In this document: positions 10,746 through 21,494 of the stretch, piece by piece
Position numbering within the stretch: position 1 is the stretch's first letter
Layout of the letters: the number at the start of each line of letters is the position of its first letter
Assembly (NCBI GenBank): GCA_938091995.1
Contig: CALKNZ010000027.1
Coordinates: forward strand, 3,150-67,149
DNA: 64,000 nucleotides
Direction: 5' to 3'
DNA from: an uncultured Luminiphilus sp.
GTDB lineage: Bacteria > Pseudomonadota > Gammaproteobacteria > Pseudomonadales > Halieaceae
Notes under the pieces: model-generated
Seen by the model: only the letters and a program-made list of their open reading frames with translations
What the model was told of the DNA's origin: nothing
Database searches by the model: none
Translations under genes and position numbers: made by a program

Positions 10746-11822
10746 TCAACCGTAACGCTGTTCAAACTCAGACATAAACCCACACAGCGCCTCCACTGCG
10801 GCCTCTGGCACCGCGTTGTAGATACTTGCTCGCATGCCTCCCACAGACCGATGACCCTTCAGATTCATCAATCCCACTTTCTCTGCTTCCTCTAGAAATA
10901 GTTTATCAAGTGCAGAATCCGCAAGGGTGAACGGTACGTTCATCCAAGATCTGGCCGATTCGTTGACCGGGTTGCTGTAAAACTCTGAAGCATCAATCTG
11001 GCTATAGAGCCGCGCCGCTTTGCGCCCATTAATAGCCGCCATAGCCTCAAGCCCACCCAAAGACTCGAGCCATTCAAAAACCAGTCCCGTCAAGTAAACG
11101 GCAAAAGTAGGAGGGGTGTTGTACATTGACCCGTTTGCAGCCGCCGTCTCCCAATTCAGCATCGCGGGGCAACTAGACCTGGCGTGGCCAAGAAGCTCCT
11201 TTCGAACCAGTACTAAAACCAATCCCGCAGGACCAATATTTTTTTGTGCTCCCGCATAAATGACACCAAATTGACTGACATCTATAGGGCGCGACAATAA
11301 TGTCGAGGACATATCGGCAACAAGGGGTGCATCAACCTTGGGGATAGTCAAAAACTCCAGTCCGCCAATGGTTTCGTTGGGGCAATAATGAAAATAACGC
11401 CCCCCAGTTTCAGACCATTCAGCGCGAGGGGGTATTGACATGAAGTTGTCTGCGCTCCCATCCGCAACACAGTGAGCATTGACAAAGCGCTTGCCTTCGG
11501 CGAACGCTTTCTTCGACCACTGTCCCGTTACCAAATAGTCTGCACGGTCCGCTTCTGAACTCAAATTCAGTGGTACCGCAGCAAATTGCTGACTCGCGCC
11601 ACCCTGCTGAAACAATACCGCATAGTCATCAGGCACACTTAGCAGTCGTCTTAAGCGGTTCTCTGCCTGCTCCATGACGTCAACAAAAGCTTTGCTGCGA
11701 TGACTAAGCTCCATGACTGAGGCGCCCTGCCCCTGCCAATCAAGCATTTCCTCTTGGGCTCGCTTCAGCACAGCTTCAGGTAAGGCGGCGGGACCGGCGC
11801 AAAAATTATGAACTCGAGACAC
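10746..11822 (-). CDS. serC: Phosphoserine aminotransferase
   Basis: NFCAGPAALP, YAGAQKNIGPAG (PLP lysine), MYNTPP, LKGHRSVGGMRASIYNA. Confidence 0.98.
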   Translation of the reverse strand: MSRVHNFCAGPAALPEAVLKRAQEEMLDWQGQGASVMELSHRSKAFVDVMEQAENRLRRLLSVPDDYAVLFQQGGASQQFAAVPLNLSSEADRADYLVTGQWSKKAFAEGKRFVNAHCVADGSADNFMSIPPRAEWSETGGRYFHYCPNETIGGLEFLTIPKVDAPLVADMSSTLLSRPIDVSQFGVIYAGAQKNIGPAGLVLVLVRKELLGHARSSCPAMLNWETAAANGSMYNTPPTFAVYLTGLVFEWLESLGGLEAMAAINGRKAARLYSQIDASEFYSNPVNESARSWMNVPFTLADSALDKLFLEEAEKVGLMNLKGHRSVGGMRASIYNAVPEAAVEALCGFMSEFEQRYG

Positions 11823-11825
11823 GAT

Positions 11826-14456
11826 TCAAGACTCTCCGCTATCTCCGCTGTCCGCCGGAACCTCGGATTCCAGAGCGGTTACAGACTCAGCGGACTCCGC
11901 GTCTGGTACAGCGTGGTCATCTTCAACAATTCGACTCAAGCGCACCAACTTTTCATCATCACGTGTTTTTATAACGCGAACACCCTGAGTATTGCGGCCG
12001 AGGGTCGAGATCTCTTCAACTCGAGTCCTGACAGCCGTACCCTGATCGGAGATCAACATGATTTCATCTCCCGCCGAAACTTGAACGGCACCCACAAGCG
12101 AGCCATTTTTAGCGGTAGTTGCCATGGCGATTACGCCCTTGGTTCCCCGACCCTTGCAAGGGAACTCGGCTGTGTCAGTGCGCTTACCATACCCTTTCTC
12201 GCTCACCGTCAAAATGGTGCTATCGGCTTGGGGAACAATAAGCGATATCAGATGGTGCTCATCGGGCAGTTTAATGCCCCTAACACCACGGGCTGTTCTA
12301 CCCATCGCGCGAACGGCCTGCTCTTGAAATCTAACCGCTTTGCCCTCGCTGGAAAGCAGCATGACATCACAGCTACCGTCGGTGACTGCAGTGCCCACCA
12401 GCCAATCATCAGCCTCTAGCTCCAAAGCCCGCAAACCAACACTGCGCTGCCGTGCAAACTGTTGCATATCGGTTTTCTTTACAATGCCACGCGCTGTCGC
12501 CATAAAAATGAAATGCCCTTCTTCATAGCCCTCTACGGGCAAGATGGAGGTAATACGCTCGCCTTCATCGAGAGGTAATAAATTGACCATGGGGCGACCC
12601 CTGGCATTGCGGCTCGCCAGGGGAATATGAAAGACCTTAAGCCAGTAAACCTTGCCCAAGTCTGAAAAGCACAGAATAGTGGCATGGGTGCTTGCAATGA
12701 GTAGGTGTTCTACGAAATCTTCATCCTTAACCGAAGTAGCAGATCGCCCCGTCCCTCCTCGTCGCTGTGCTTGGTAATCTGACAGCGACTGGGTTTTGGC
12801 ATAGCCGCCGTGAGAAATGGTCACCACGCGATCTTCTTCTGTGATCAGGTCCTCAACGCTCAGGTCATGGGTGGAATCAGTGATCTCTGTCAGTCGATCA
12901 TCACCAAACTCCTCTACCAATTCCTTGAGCTCATCGCGAATGACCTGGCGCAGTCGATCTGGATCCTCAAGAATTTCAAGATAACCCGCGATCTCGACCA
13001 ACTTATCTGAATATTCCTGCAACAATTTTTCATGTTCCAGTCCGGTTAGTCGATGGAGTCGCAGCTCAAGAATCGCTTGGGCTTGAGCAGGAGACAAAAA
13101 GTACTGATCACCATGAAGACCAAACTCTTTGGCGAGATCGTCGGGGCGACAGGCATCCTCTCCCGCACGCTCCAACATTCCCGTAACCTCACCAGACTGC
13201 CAGGATTTAGCCACCAGGCCCGCCTTCGCGTCGGCCGGTGTAGGTGAGGTTTTAATCAGCTCAATGATTTCATCAATATTAACCAGCGCTATCGCAAGCC
13301 CTTCAAGCACATGGCCGCGCTCGCGAGCCTTGCGCAATAAGTAAACCGTTCTTCGGGTTACCACTTCACGCCGATGGCGAACAAACGCCTCGATCATTTC
13401 CAGCAGGTTTAAGGTGCGTGGCTGGCCATCAACCAAAGCCACCATATTGATACCGACGACCGATTGCAGCTGTGTTTGAGCGTAAAGGTTGTTGAGGACG
13501 ACATCTCCCATCTCACCTCGGCGCAATTCAATAACGACTCGCAAACCGTCCTTATCCGACTCATCTCTGAGCTCGGTAATGCCTTCCAGTTTCTTTTCCT
13601 TGACCAGCTCGGCAATGCGTTCGATTAGGCGCGCCTTGTTAAGCTGATAGGGAATTTCATGGATGATGATGGTGTCTTTACCCCGACTTTCATCGGTAAT
13701 GACTTCTGCTCGCGCACGAACATAAATACGACCACGCCCCGTTCGGTAGGCCTGAACAATGCCAGCACGGCCATTGATAATAGCGCCGGTTGGGAAGTCG
13801 GGGCCTGGGATGTATTCCATGAGTCCATCGACATCTATCTCAGGGTTGTCAATAAATGCCAGACAGCCCGCCACAACCTCTCTAAGGTTATGAGGTGGAA
13901 TATTTGTTGCCATTCCCACGGCAATACCAGAGGAACCATTGATCAAGAGATTAGGAGCTCGAGTGGGTAGCACCACCGGAATTTGCTCAGATCCGTCGTA
14001 GTTATCGACAAAATCGACCGTTTCTTTATCTAGGTCGGCGAGCAAAGCGTGGGCGAGCTTGCTCATACGGATTTCGGTGTAACGCATGGCTGCGGCCGAA
14101 TCCCCGTCTATTGAACCAAAGTTACCCTGACCGTCCACCAGGGTATAGCGCAAGGAAAAGTCCTGAGCCATACGAACAATCGTGTCATAAACGGCCGAAT
14201 CGCCATGGGGATGGTACTTACCTATCACATCACCGACGATTCTGGCGGACTTCTTATAGGCCTTGTTCCAATCGTTATTGAGTTCGTTCATCGCGAAAAG
14301 CACGCGTCTGTGCACAGGTTTCAAGCCATCGCGCACGTCCGGCAAGGCTCGCCCGACGATCACGCTCATGGCGTAGTCCATGTAAGACTGCTTGAGCTCG
14401 TCTTCGATATTGACGGGAAGCACTTCCCGTGCGATTTCCTTGGGTGTCTCTGCCAT
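11826..14456 (-). CDS. gyrA: DNA gyrase subunit A
   Basis: [33 protein letters not shown] catalytic Tyr, GyrA-box-like QRRGGTG, pinwheel repeats, acidic tail. Confidence 0.99.
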   Translation of the reverse strand: MAETPKEIAREVLPVNIEDELKQSYMDYAMSVIVGRALPDVRDGLKPVHRRVLFAMNELNNDWNKAYKKSARIVGDVIGKYHPHGDSAVYDTIVRMAQDFSLRYTLVDGQGNFGSIDGDSAAAMRYTEIRMSKLAHALLADLDKETVDFVDNYDGSEQIPVVLPTRAPNLLINGSSGIAVGMATNIPPHNLREVVAGCLAFIDNPEIDVDGLMEYIPGPDFPTGAIINGRAGIVQAYRTGRGRIYVRARAEVITDESRGKDTIIIHEIPYQLNKARLIERIAELVKEKKLEGITELRDESDKDGLRVVIELRRGEMGDVVLNNLYAQTQLQSVVGINMVALVDGQPRTLNLLEMIEAFVRHRREVVTRRTVYLLRKARERGHVLEGLAIALVNIDEIIELIKTSPTPADAKAGLVAKSWQSGEVTGMLERAGEDACRPDDLAKEFGLHGDQYFLSPAQAQAILELRLHRLTGLEHEKLLQEYSDKLVEIAGYLEILEDPDRLRQVIRDELKELVEEFGDDRLTEITDSTHDLSVEDLITEEDRVVTISHGGYAKTQSLSDYQAQRRGGTGRSATSVKDEDFVEHLLIASTHATILCFSDLGKVYWLKVFHIPLASRNARGRPMVNLLPLDEGERITSILPVEGYEEGHFIFMATARGIVKKTDMQQFARQRSVGLRALELEADDWLVGTAVTDGSCDVMLLSSEGKAVRFQEQAVRAMGRTARGVRGIKLPDEHHLISLIVPQADSTILTVSEKGYGKRTDTAEFPCKGRGTKGVIAMATTAKNGSLVGAVQVSAGDEIMLISDQGTAVRTRVEEISTLGRNTQGVRVIKTRDDEKLVRLSRIVEDDHAVPDAESAESVTALESEVPADSGDSGES

Positions 14457-14496
14457 TAGAACTGCTTTGTCTGGTGGGGGAGTTTTTCGAGCTCAG

Positions 14497-14505
14497 ATCA
14501 TATCA
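14497..14505 (-). promoter_or_regulatory. Putative extended -10 sigma70 promoter for gyrA
   Basis: TG-A-TATGAT on minus strand about 40 nt upstream of gyrA ATG in the divergent intergenic region. Confidence 0.4.
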
Positions 14506-14577
14506 AATTCAGCTCTGCGGGGCCATCTTCACTGTCCATGGCGGGCAAGGGGACGGGGCACCGGTTATACTCCCTCC

Positions 14578-15945
14578 ATGAACTCACTTAACCCTTCGTC
14601 CGCTGCTGATCTCATTATCCATCCTCGATGGGTCGTACCCGTATCACCTTCAGGCCAAGTACTGACTCACCACAGCGTCATCGTCACCGACGGCCGTATT
14701 GCTGGCATCGTGCCCACCGATGAAGCGCAAGACATTCAGGCGACAGAGCACTTGAGCTTACCGTCGCAAGTGCTTCTTCCGGGGCTTATCAACGCCCATG
14801 GCCATAGCCCGATGACGCTGTTACGCGGTGTCGCCGACGACGCCCCCTTAATGACTTGGTTACAAGATCACATTTGGCCTTTAGAAGCGGAGTTTGTATC
14901 CGAGGCATTTGTTCGCGATGGCACCGATTTAGCACTTCTCGATTTGATGATGGGTGGGACCACAACTTTCAGTGATATGTATTTTTTCCCAGACGTGACT
15001 GCCCAGCGGACTGACATCGCGGGACTGCGAGCGCAATTGGTGTTCCCTGTTATCGATGTCGCTACTGCGTGGGCAAGTAATAGCGAAACTTGCTTGGAAA
15101 AAGGTCTCGCCCTGCGTGATGAATATCGGGACCATGCTTTAATTCAAGTAGGTATCGGTGCTCATTCCACCTACAGTGTGACAGCAACCACACTCCAGAA
15201 AATTGCCACTTTGATTAACGAACTCGATGCACCGCTGCAAATCCACTTACACGAAACCCAATCAGAGGTTGCGACAGCACTCGAGACCCACGGGGAGCGT
15301 CCAATCAGCCTATTGAATCGCCTTGGCTTACTCGGACCCCGAACGCAATGCGTACACATGACGGCGCTATCTGATGACGACATCGAACTGTTAACCAACA
15401 GCAACAGTCATGTCATCCACTGCCCGCGATCGAATATGAAACTAGCCTCGGGCATAAGCCCAGTAGATCGGCTTATCAAAGCGGGGGTGAACGTGGCTCT
15501 GGGCACCGACGGTGCCGCCAGCAACAACCGATTGAATATGCTGGCAGAAATGCAAATGGCCGCGCTATTAGCCAAACTTGAGTCTATGGAGGCCACAGCG
15601 CTCCCGGCGACTGCAGCGCTTGAAGCCGCCACACTAGGGGGCGCGCGAGCACTGGGACTAGAGGGCACTATAGGCTCAATAGAGCCCGGCAAAGCCGCTG
15701 ACTTAATCGCACTCGATTTAAGCCAATCCCACACTCAACCACTGAACAATGTTATTTCACATATTGTATATGCCACTAACGGTACGGAATTAACGCACAG
15801 CTGGGTAGCGGGACAAGCATTGGTCCGAGATGGTCAGCCACTGACACTGGCGCCAGATGATATCGTCGAGCGGGCCGCCCGTTGGCCGGAAAAATTCAAG
15901 GCCTATCAAGCCTCCATTGATCTAACTGGAAATCACCTTTCATGA
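14578..15945 (+). CDS. mtaD: TRZ/ATZ-family amidohydrolase (5'-methylthioadenosine/SAH deaminase-like)
   Basis: [36 protein letters not shown]; divergent from gyrA and upstream of ubiG as in pseudomonads. ATG 14578 preferred over ORF-track start 14392, which overlaps gyrA. Confidence 0.88.
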   Translation: MNSLNPSSAADLIIHPRWVVPVSPSGQVLTHHSVIVTDGRIAGIVPTDEAQDIQATEHLSLPSQVLLPGLINAHGHSPMTLLRGVADDAPLMTWLQDHIWPLEAEFVSEAFVRDGTDLALLDLMMGGTTTFSDMYFFPDVTAQRTDIAGLRAQLVFPVIDVATAWASNSETCLEKGLALRDEYRDHALIQVGIGAHSTYSVTATTLQKIATLINELDAPLQIHLHETQSEVATALETHGERPISLLNRLGLLGPRTQCVHMTALSDDDIELLTNSNSHVIHCPRSNMKLASGISPVDRLIKAGVNVALGTDGAASNNRLNMLAEMQMAALLAKLESMEATALPATAALEAATLGGARALGLEGTIGSIEPGKAADLIALDLSQSHTQPLNNVISHIVYATNGTELTHSWVAGQALVRDGQPLTLAPDDIVERAARWPEKFKAYQASIDLTGNHLS

Positions 15946-16661
15946 GCACAACACCTAATGTTGATCCGGCAGAAATCGCAAAATTTGAAGCACTAGCGGC
16001 ACGCTGGTGGGATCCCAACAGTGAGTTCAAACCCCTACATGAGATTAACCCTCTTAGGGCCGGCTGGATCGACGAGTATTCGGGTGTCGCAGGAAAAAAT
16101 CTGCTCGATGTCGGCTGTGGGGGAGGCCTGTTAACAGAAGCCATGGCCTGGCGCGGCGCTAAGACAGTTAAAGGCATCGACATGGGGGAAGCCCCCCTGA
16201 GCGTAGCCCGCCTTCATCAACTCGAGAGTGGCCTCGATATCGAATATGAAAAGATTACCGCTGAAGCATTGGCTGAGCGTGATAAAGGCCATTATGACGT
16301 TGTCACATGTCTCGAAATGCTAGAGCACGTTCCCGATCCCGGAGCCGTCATTCAGGCCTGTGCCGATTTGGCAAAACCGGGTGCTGATCTGTACTTCTCA
16401 ACCATCAATAGAAACCCCAAAGCCTTTGTCTTTGCCATCGTGGGGGCAGAGTACGTGCTGAATCTACTTCCCAAGGGGACTCATGATTACAGTAAATTTA
16501 TTAAACCCTCAGAGTTGGCAAACTGGATACGTCAAGCTGGACTGACGCTGACACAAATGTCTGGTCTTACCTACAATCCCATCACCCAGCATTATCGGCT
16601 GCACCCACGAGATGTATCTGTGAACTACATGGTTAGAGCAACAAAGCCACAGGCATCCTGA
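15942..16661 (+). CDS. ubiG: Ubiquinone biosynthesis O-methyltransferase
   Basis: [47 protein letters not shown]. Confidence 0.98.
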   Translation: MSTTPNVDPAEIAKFEALAARWWDPNSEFKPLHEINPLRAGWIDEYSGVAGKNLLDVGCGGGLLTEAMAWRGAKTVKGIDMGEAPLSVARLHQLESGLDIEYEKITAEALAERDKGHYDVVTCLEMLEHVPDPGAVIQACADLAKPGADLYFSTINRNPKAFVFAIVGAEYVLNLLPKGTHDYSKFIKPSELANWIRQAGLTLTQMSGLTYNPITQHYRLHPRDVSVNYMVRATKPQAS

Positions 16662-16665
16662 GTCA

Positions 16666-17343
16666 ATGCTAACGGCCAGCAGACCCCAGGCAATACTTTT
16701 TGATCTTGATGGCACGCTTGTCGACACTGCCAGCGAATTTGTCACCGTCTTGCAGCAAATGCGGCGCGCTCGCCACCTTAAGGACATCCCGGACGAGAGC
16801 ATACGAGCTGTGATCTCTAACGGTGCCGCCGGCATGATTGCATTGGCGTTTAATTGCACGCCGGACATGCCCCAGTTTGAAGCGCTGCGAGACGAATTCT
16901 TGGACGCCTATGAGCATCAGTTGGGTAGCTCAGCCCGACCCTATGAAGGCGTGAGACTGTTACTACAAGATCTCAGCATTCAACATATCCCATGGGGTGT
17001 GGTTACTAATAAAATGCGTCGTTTTGCGGAACCCCTCATGCAAGCCATGGCATTTGATCCCCCAGCTGCAGCTCTAATAACGCCTTGTGACGTCAACGAA
17101 CCCAAACCTCATCCTGAAGCGATTTTAGCTGGCTGCTCCCTGCTTCAATGTCAATCTGCTCAAGCTATTTACGTGGGGGATCACGTGCGCGATATTGAAG
17201 CGGGAAAACGCGCAGGCTGCTACACCATCGCGGCGGCCTATGGCTATTTATCCCCTGAAGAGGACCCCGCTTTGTGGGGAGCAGACAAAGTCGTGTCGTC
17301 GAGCATTGAACTCAATACAGTTATTAGGCAGCTAATCCAATGA
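16666..17343 (+). CDS. mupP: HAD phosphatase (MupP/phosphoglycolate phosphatase-like)
   Basis: FDLDGTLVD, VTNK, KPHP, YVGDHVRDIEAG; ubiG-linked position matches pseudomonad mupP (specific assignment by synteny). Confidence 0.75.
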   Translation: MLTASRPQAILFDLDGTLVDTASEFVTVLQQMRRARHLKDIPDESIRAVISNGAAGMIALAFNCTPDMPQFEALRDEFLDAYEHQLGSSARPYEGVRLLLQDLSIQHIPWGVVTNKMRRFAEPLMQAMAFDPPAAALITPCDVNEPKPHPEAILAGCSLLQCQSAQAIYVGDHVRDIEAGKRAGCYTIAAAYGYLSPEEDPALWGADKVVSSSIELNTVIRQLIQ

Positions 17344-18095
17344 CATTTTTACCCGATCAGTGGCGTCCTCAACCCAATATGCTGGCTGAAAAAACCTTAT
17401 TAATCACTGGGGCTGGCGATGGTATTGGCAAAGCCGCTGCACTTTCATTTGCCCGACATGGCGCGGAAGTTCTGTTACTGGGTAGGACCGAAGCCAAGCT
17501 GGAGGCCGTCTATGACACCATTATTGCCGAAGGCGGTGCCGTGCCAGGAATTATACCGACAGACCTAGCTAAAGTTAGCCACGACGACTTGATTGCTTTA
17601 GCTGGTGAGTTGGCAAACTCAATCCCCAAGCTCGATGGATTACTGCACAATGCCAGCATACTCGGAGATCGTAAGCCCCTCGCCCAAACCAGTGCAGCAC
17701 TTTGGCACCAGATTATGCAGGTCAATGTCAACGCGGCCTTTATGCTAACCCAAGCCCTGCTGCCCATGCTTGAGCAGGCGCCTTTAGCGTCAGTCGTGTT
17801 CACCAGTTCGGGGGTTGGCCGTCAAGGACGCGCCTTTTGGGGAGGTTACGCAGTATCAAAGTTTGCCACCGAAGGCCTGATGCAGGTCCTTGCAGACGAA
17901 TTAGGCGAGACCAGCAATATTCGAGTGAACAGTCTTAATCCTGGCGCCGTCAATACCGCTATGCGCCGCACGGCTTATCCGGCTGAACCGCCACAAACTA
18001 ACCCAAGCCCCGAAGCTCTGATGCAACACTGGCTATTTCTGATGAGTGACGACAGTAGGAATATCAATGGCGAGGCATTAAGCGCACAAAGCTGA
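17340..18095 (+). CDS. yciK: YciK-family short-chain oxidoreductase
   Basis: TGAGDGIG, LDGLLHNASILG, GRAFWGGYAVSKFATEG. Confidence 0.9.
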   Translation: MTFLPDQWRPQPNMLAEKTLLITGAGDGIGKAAALSFARHGAEVLLLGRTEAKLEAVYDTIIAEGGAVPGIIPTDLAKVSHDDLIALAGELANSIPKLDGLLHNASILGDRKPLAQTSAALWHQIMQVNVNAAFMLTQALLPMLEQAPLASVVFTSSGVGRQGRAFWGGYAVSKFATEGLMQVLADELGETSNIRVNSLNPGAVNTAMRRTAYPAEPPQTNPSPEALMQHWLFLMSDDSRNINGEALSAQS

Positions 18096-18098
18096 GCC

Positions 18099-19046
18099 TC
18101 ACTTGCGACGTCGCTGGAAACCACCCTTGCCACTCGCTAAACGTCGAACGGTTTCTTTACCCGACTTCTTGGCAAGGCGCTCGAGTTTGGCTCGAGACTT
18201 GTCATCCAGCGGCATAACCGGCTTAGCCGGCAGCTTCGCCATGCTATAAAGCACTTCAACATCGCGTTCGGGCAGCTCAGTCCACTCCCCTTTTTTCAAC
18301 TTTGAGGGAATGAAAACCTCGCCATAACGCACACGTTTCAAACGCGACACGGTAAGCCCCTGAGACTCCCAAAGACGCCGAACCTCTCGATTGCGGCCTT
18401 CCATCAGCACCACATAAAACCAGCGATTAATGCCTTCTCCACCACCGTCGACAATATCTGTAAATCTTGCCGGCCCATCATCGAGAATTACCCCGGCACG
18501 AAGCGTATCAAGTATTTCATCGGTAACAGTCCCCATCACCCTCACCAAATACTCGCGCTCTATCGTACTGCTAGGGTGCATCATCTTATGGGCTAGCTCA
18601 CCATCGGTGGTAAATAACAGTAGCCCTGAGGTATTGAAATCCAGACGACCCACGACAATCCAGCGCCCACCTTGCAATTCTGGCAGCGAGTCAAAAACGG
18701 TGCGTCTACCTTCTGGATCTTTGCGTGAGCACACCTCTCCAACGGGCTTGTGGTAGAGAATGCATCGCACCCGCTCAGAGTCATCGAGCTCTACAGGCTT
18801 TCCATCGAGGGTTACACGCTCTCCCGCCAATACGCGATCGCCAATTTTCGCCGGGCGTCCGCCAATAGTCAGGCGCCCTTGCTCAATCCAGCGTTCCACC
18901 TCTCTACGGGAGCCCAAGCCAATTTTTGCCAAGGCCTTTTGTAGCTTATCGCCTTTTGAAGGCTCAGTTGACGGCTCTACGGGCCTTTTACTTCGAGGGC
19001 GTTGGGCTTTGCTCATGTCGCCGCTCTCCATCTGAATTTTGCTCAT
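18099..19046 (-). CDS. rluB: 23S rRNA pseudouridine synthase B (start may be ATG 19016)
   Basis: S4 domain KLQKALAKIGLGSRRE, VGRLDFNTSGLLLFTTDG, EGRNREVRRLWESQG; follows scpAB. Confidence 0.95.
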   Translation of the reverse strand: MSKIQMESGDMSKAQRPRSKRPVEPSTEPSKGDKLQKALAKIGLGSRREVERWIEQGRLTIGGRPAKIGDRVLAGERVTLDGKPVELDDSERVRCILYHKPVGEVCSRKDPEGRRTVFDSLPELQGGRWIVVGRLDFNTSGLLLFTTDGELAHKMMHPSSTIEREYLVRVMGTVTDEILDTLRAGVILDDGPARFTDIVDGGGEGINRWFYVVLMEGRNREVRRLWESQGLTVSRLKRVRYGEVFIPSKLKKGEWTELPERDVEVLYSMAKLPAKPVMPLDDKSRAKLERLAKKSGKETVRRLASGKGGFQRRRK

Positions 19047-19938
19047 CGGAGGCGGGGTTTACGGGTGAGTGGTCGTCTGAAGCTGCTTGCTCAAAAACTT
19101 GCGCTGCGGCCGTTCCCTCTCCTGCCGCAGGCTCTTCTAGAGCTGCGTCTTCTGCCAGTTGATCGTCGAATGTCCGCCCCAGTGACACGTCTTCTTCTGA
19201 AGCTTCCTCAGCCATGGCTTGTTCTTCAAGCCCCGGCTCTTCCAAAGCCGTCTCTGCCAATACCTTATCGTCCCGGGCAATTTCTTCCAGGGGAGACTCG
19301 TCTGGGTTTTCACCCTCAGCATTGGCAGGTATCGCCTCCGCTTGCGTCTCTTCCTCTGTTTCTACAACCTCAGCGCCCAAAATCTCGAGCGGCAGGTTCC
19401 CGGAAAGGTTCTCTAAATCTTTTATCTCTGCAAGCGGCGGGAGCTCCTCAAGAGATTTAAGATTAAAATAATCAAGAAATTGTCGCGTAGTGGCATACAT
19501 AGCCGGTCGACCCGGCACATCACGATGTCCAACGATACGAACCCAGTCGCGCTCCTGCAGCGTTTTTATAATGTTTGTACTGACCGCAACACCTCTAATC
19601 TCTTCAATTTCGCCTCGAGTAATGGGTTGCCGATAGGCAATTAAAGATAGGGTTTCCAACAGCGCCCGGGAATAGCGCGGTGGGCGTTCCTGCCAAAGCC
19701 GTCCCACCCATGTGGATAAATTTTGACGCACTTGAAAGCGATAGCCCGTCGCCACCTGTACCAACTCATAGCCACGGCCCTCACAGCGACGTTCAACCTC
19801 GTCAAGCGCTTCCCGCAAATCGGAATTAGCCGGACGATCAAACTCATCAAAAAGTTGGCTGAGACGCTGGATAGACAGCGCTTCTCCCGCGGCCATCAGT
19901 GCGCCCTCCAAAATTTGAACCAGTCCTATCTCCGCCAT
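18988..19938 (-). CDS. scpB: SMC-Scp complex subunit ScpB with long acidic C-terminal tail
   Basis: YSRALLETLSLIAYRQPITRGEIEEIRGV, GRPAMYATTRQFLDYF. Confidence 0.96.
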   Translation of the reverse strand: MAEIGLVQILEGALMAAGEALSIQRLSQLFDEFDRPANSDLREALDEVERRCEGRGYELVQVATGYRFQVRQNLSTWVGRLWQERPPRYSRALLETLSLIAYRQPITRGEIEEIRGVAVSTNIIKTLQERDWVRIVGHRDVPGRPAMYATTRQFLDYFNLKSLEELPPLAEIKDLENLSGNLPLEILGAEVVETEEETQAEAIPANAEGENPDESPLEEIARDDKVLAETALEEPGLEEQAMAEEASEEDVSLGRTFDDQLAEDAALEEPAAGEGTAAAQVFEQAASDDHSPVNPASDEQNSDGERRHEQSPTPSK

Positions 19939-20816
19939 CAGTCGATCCTCGCCTTGACATGGATGGGTCCAAAACCCTCTGTTTGTACGATTTCCACCAG
20001 AGACTCCTTAATCAACTCCATAATCGCGAGAAAAGTAACAACCACGCCCAACCGCCCCTCCTCGGCCTTGAAGAGAGAAACAAAAGGTACAAAATTGCTC
20101 GATCGAAGGACCTCGAGCACATCCGACATACGCTCTCGGGTTGATAGAGACTCCCGCTGTATCTGATGGCTTTCATACATATCGGCGCGTTTAAGCACCT
20201 CACCCAAAGCAATCAAAAGCTCACGCATATCGAGGTCCGGCAGTGGCCGATCGCGGTTGAGATCAGGCGGCTCAATCTTAGCGACCCAAGTGTCCCGCTC
20301 CATTCGGGGCAGCCCGTCTATTTCCTCTGCGGCCTGTTTGAATCGCTCATATTCCTGGAGCCTGCGAATCAAATTCGCTCGGGGGTCTTCCTCGTCTTCT
20401 TCAATATCTGTAGATCGCGGCAGCAACATGCGGGATTTAATTTCTGCCAACATGGCCGCCATTAATAAGTACTCAGCGGCCAATTCGAACTGCATGGCAT
20501 CCATGAGTTCGACATATTCCATGTATTGAGTCGTGATCTGCGATACACCAATGTCTAAAATATCGAGATTTTGTCGACGTATGAGGTAGAGCAGGAGGTC
20601 AAGTGGGCCTTCAAAGGCCTCGAGAAAGACTTCAAGAGCCTGAGGCGGTATGTAGAGATCTTTAGGGAGCTCTGTCATCTCGTGCCCCATAACGATCGCA
20701 AAAGGCATTTCACCTTGCTGGGGGCTATTTAAGCGGCGCTCTACACGATCTGCAGGACGGAGTGTTGGAGACTCATCCACAGGTTCTGGCGCATCGGGAG
20801 GTATTGTTGTGTTCAC
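19938..20816 (-). CDS. scpA: Segregation and condensation protein A (kleisin)
   Basis: FEGPLDLLLYLIR, AAEYLLMAAMLAEIKSRMLLP, VVTFLAIMELIK. Confidence 0.96.
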   Translation of the reverse strand: MNTTIPPDAPEPVDESPTLRPADRVERRLNSPQQGEMPFAIVMGHEMTELPKDLYIPPQALEVFLEAFEGPLDLLLYLIRRQNLDILDIGVSQITTQYMEYVELMDAMQFELAAEYLLMAAMLAEIKSRMLLPRSTDIEEDEEDPRANLIRRLQEYERFKQAAEEIDGLPRMERDTWVAKIEPPDLNRDRPLPDLDMRELLIALGEVLKRADMYESHQIQRESLSTRERMSDVLEVLRSSNFVPFVSLFKAEEGRLGVVVTFLAIMELIKESLVEIVQTEGFGPIHVKARID

Positions 20817-20867
20817 GCGTCAATCATACCGCAGTCCCCTCGCGGCGTCTGCCAAAGAGTGAGAGAT

Positions 20868-21494
20868 TCAGCTTAGTGCGAGTGAAGCAATATCACCCAA
20901 ACCCTCCCGTAGCACTTGGTAACCCTCACCCGATAAATCTATGACCGTGGTAGGCTCAAGACCACAAAAGCCGCCATCTATCACTAACTCAACCTCATGC
21001 TCTAGCGTAGATCGTATATCGTAAGGGTCGGTCAGCGGGTAGTCGTCCCCAGGTAATTGCAAGGTCACACTCATGATGGGTTCCGAAAACTCGGCCAATA
21101 GCGCCTGAGTAATCGCATTATCGGGTACACGAACCCCCACGGTTTTTCTCCGGGGATGGAGTAGACGTCGAGGCACCTCACCCGTCGCCTCAAGAATAAA
21201 CGTGTAGGGTCCCGGGGTGGCACTCTTGATCAGTCGATAAGCACTATTGTCGACCTTGGCATAGGTGCCCAAAACCGAGAGATCTGGGCATACCAAGGTG
21301 AAGTTGTGGTTGTCATCGAGTTTTCGTATGCGCCGGATACACTCCAGGGCGCGTTTATCCCCCAACCGGCAACCCAGCGCATAGGCAGAATCTGTGGGAT
21401 AGGCGATGACCCCGCCAGTCCGCAAGATCTCCACCGCTTGGCGGACTAGGCGAAGTTGAGGTGTCTCTGGGTGGATGGCAAAAAATTGGCTCAA
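20868..21494 (-). CDS. yciO: YciO (Sua5/YrdC family)
   Basis: SQFFAIHPETPQ, YPTDSAYALGC, HNFTLVC, TPGPYTFIL; TTG at 21494 overlaps the upstream TGA and follows GGAG (ORF track start 21509). Confidence 0.92.
   Translation of the reverse strand: MSQFFAIHPETPQLRLVRQAVEILRTGGVIAYPTDSAYALGCRLGDKRALECIRRIRKLDDNHNFTLVCPDLSVLGTYAKVDNSAYRLIKSATPGPYTFILEATGEVPRRLLHPRRKTVGVRVPDNAITQALLAEFSEPIMSVTLQLPGDDYPLTDPYDIRSTLEHEVELVIDGGFCGLEPTTVIDLSGEGYQVLREGLGDIASLALS

Noticed and set aside
11808-12419. 203-aa plus-strand ORF and other long antisense ORFs (24648-25241, 45449-45979, 61024-61692)
   Set aside because: Shadow frames opposite well-conserved genes; no recognisable motifs or RBS.
14392-14577. N-terminal extension of the amidohydrolase ORF overlapping gyrA
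   Set aside because: Artefact of longest-ORF calling; family similarity begins after ATG 14578.
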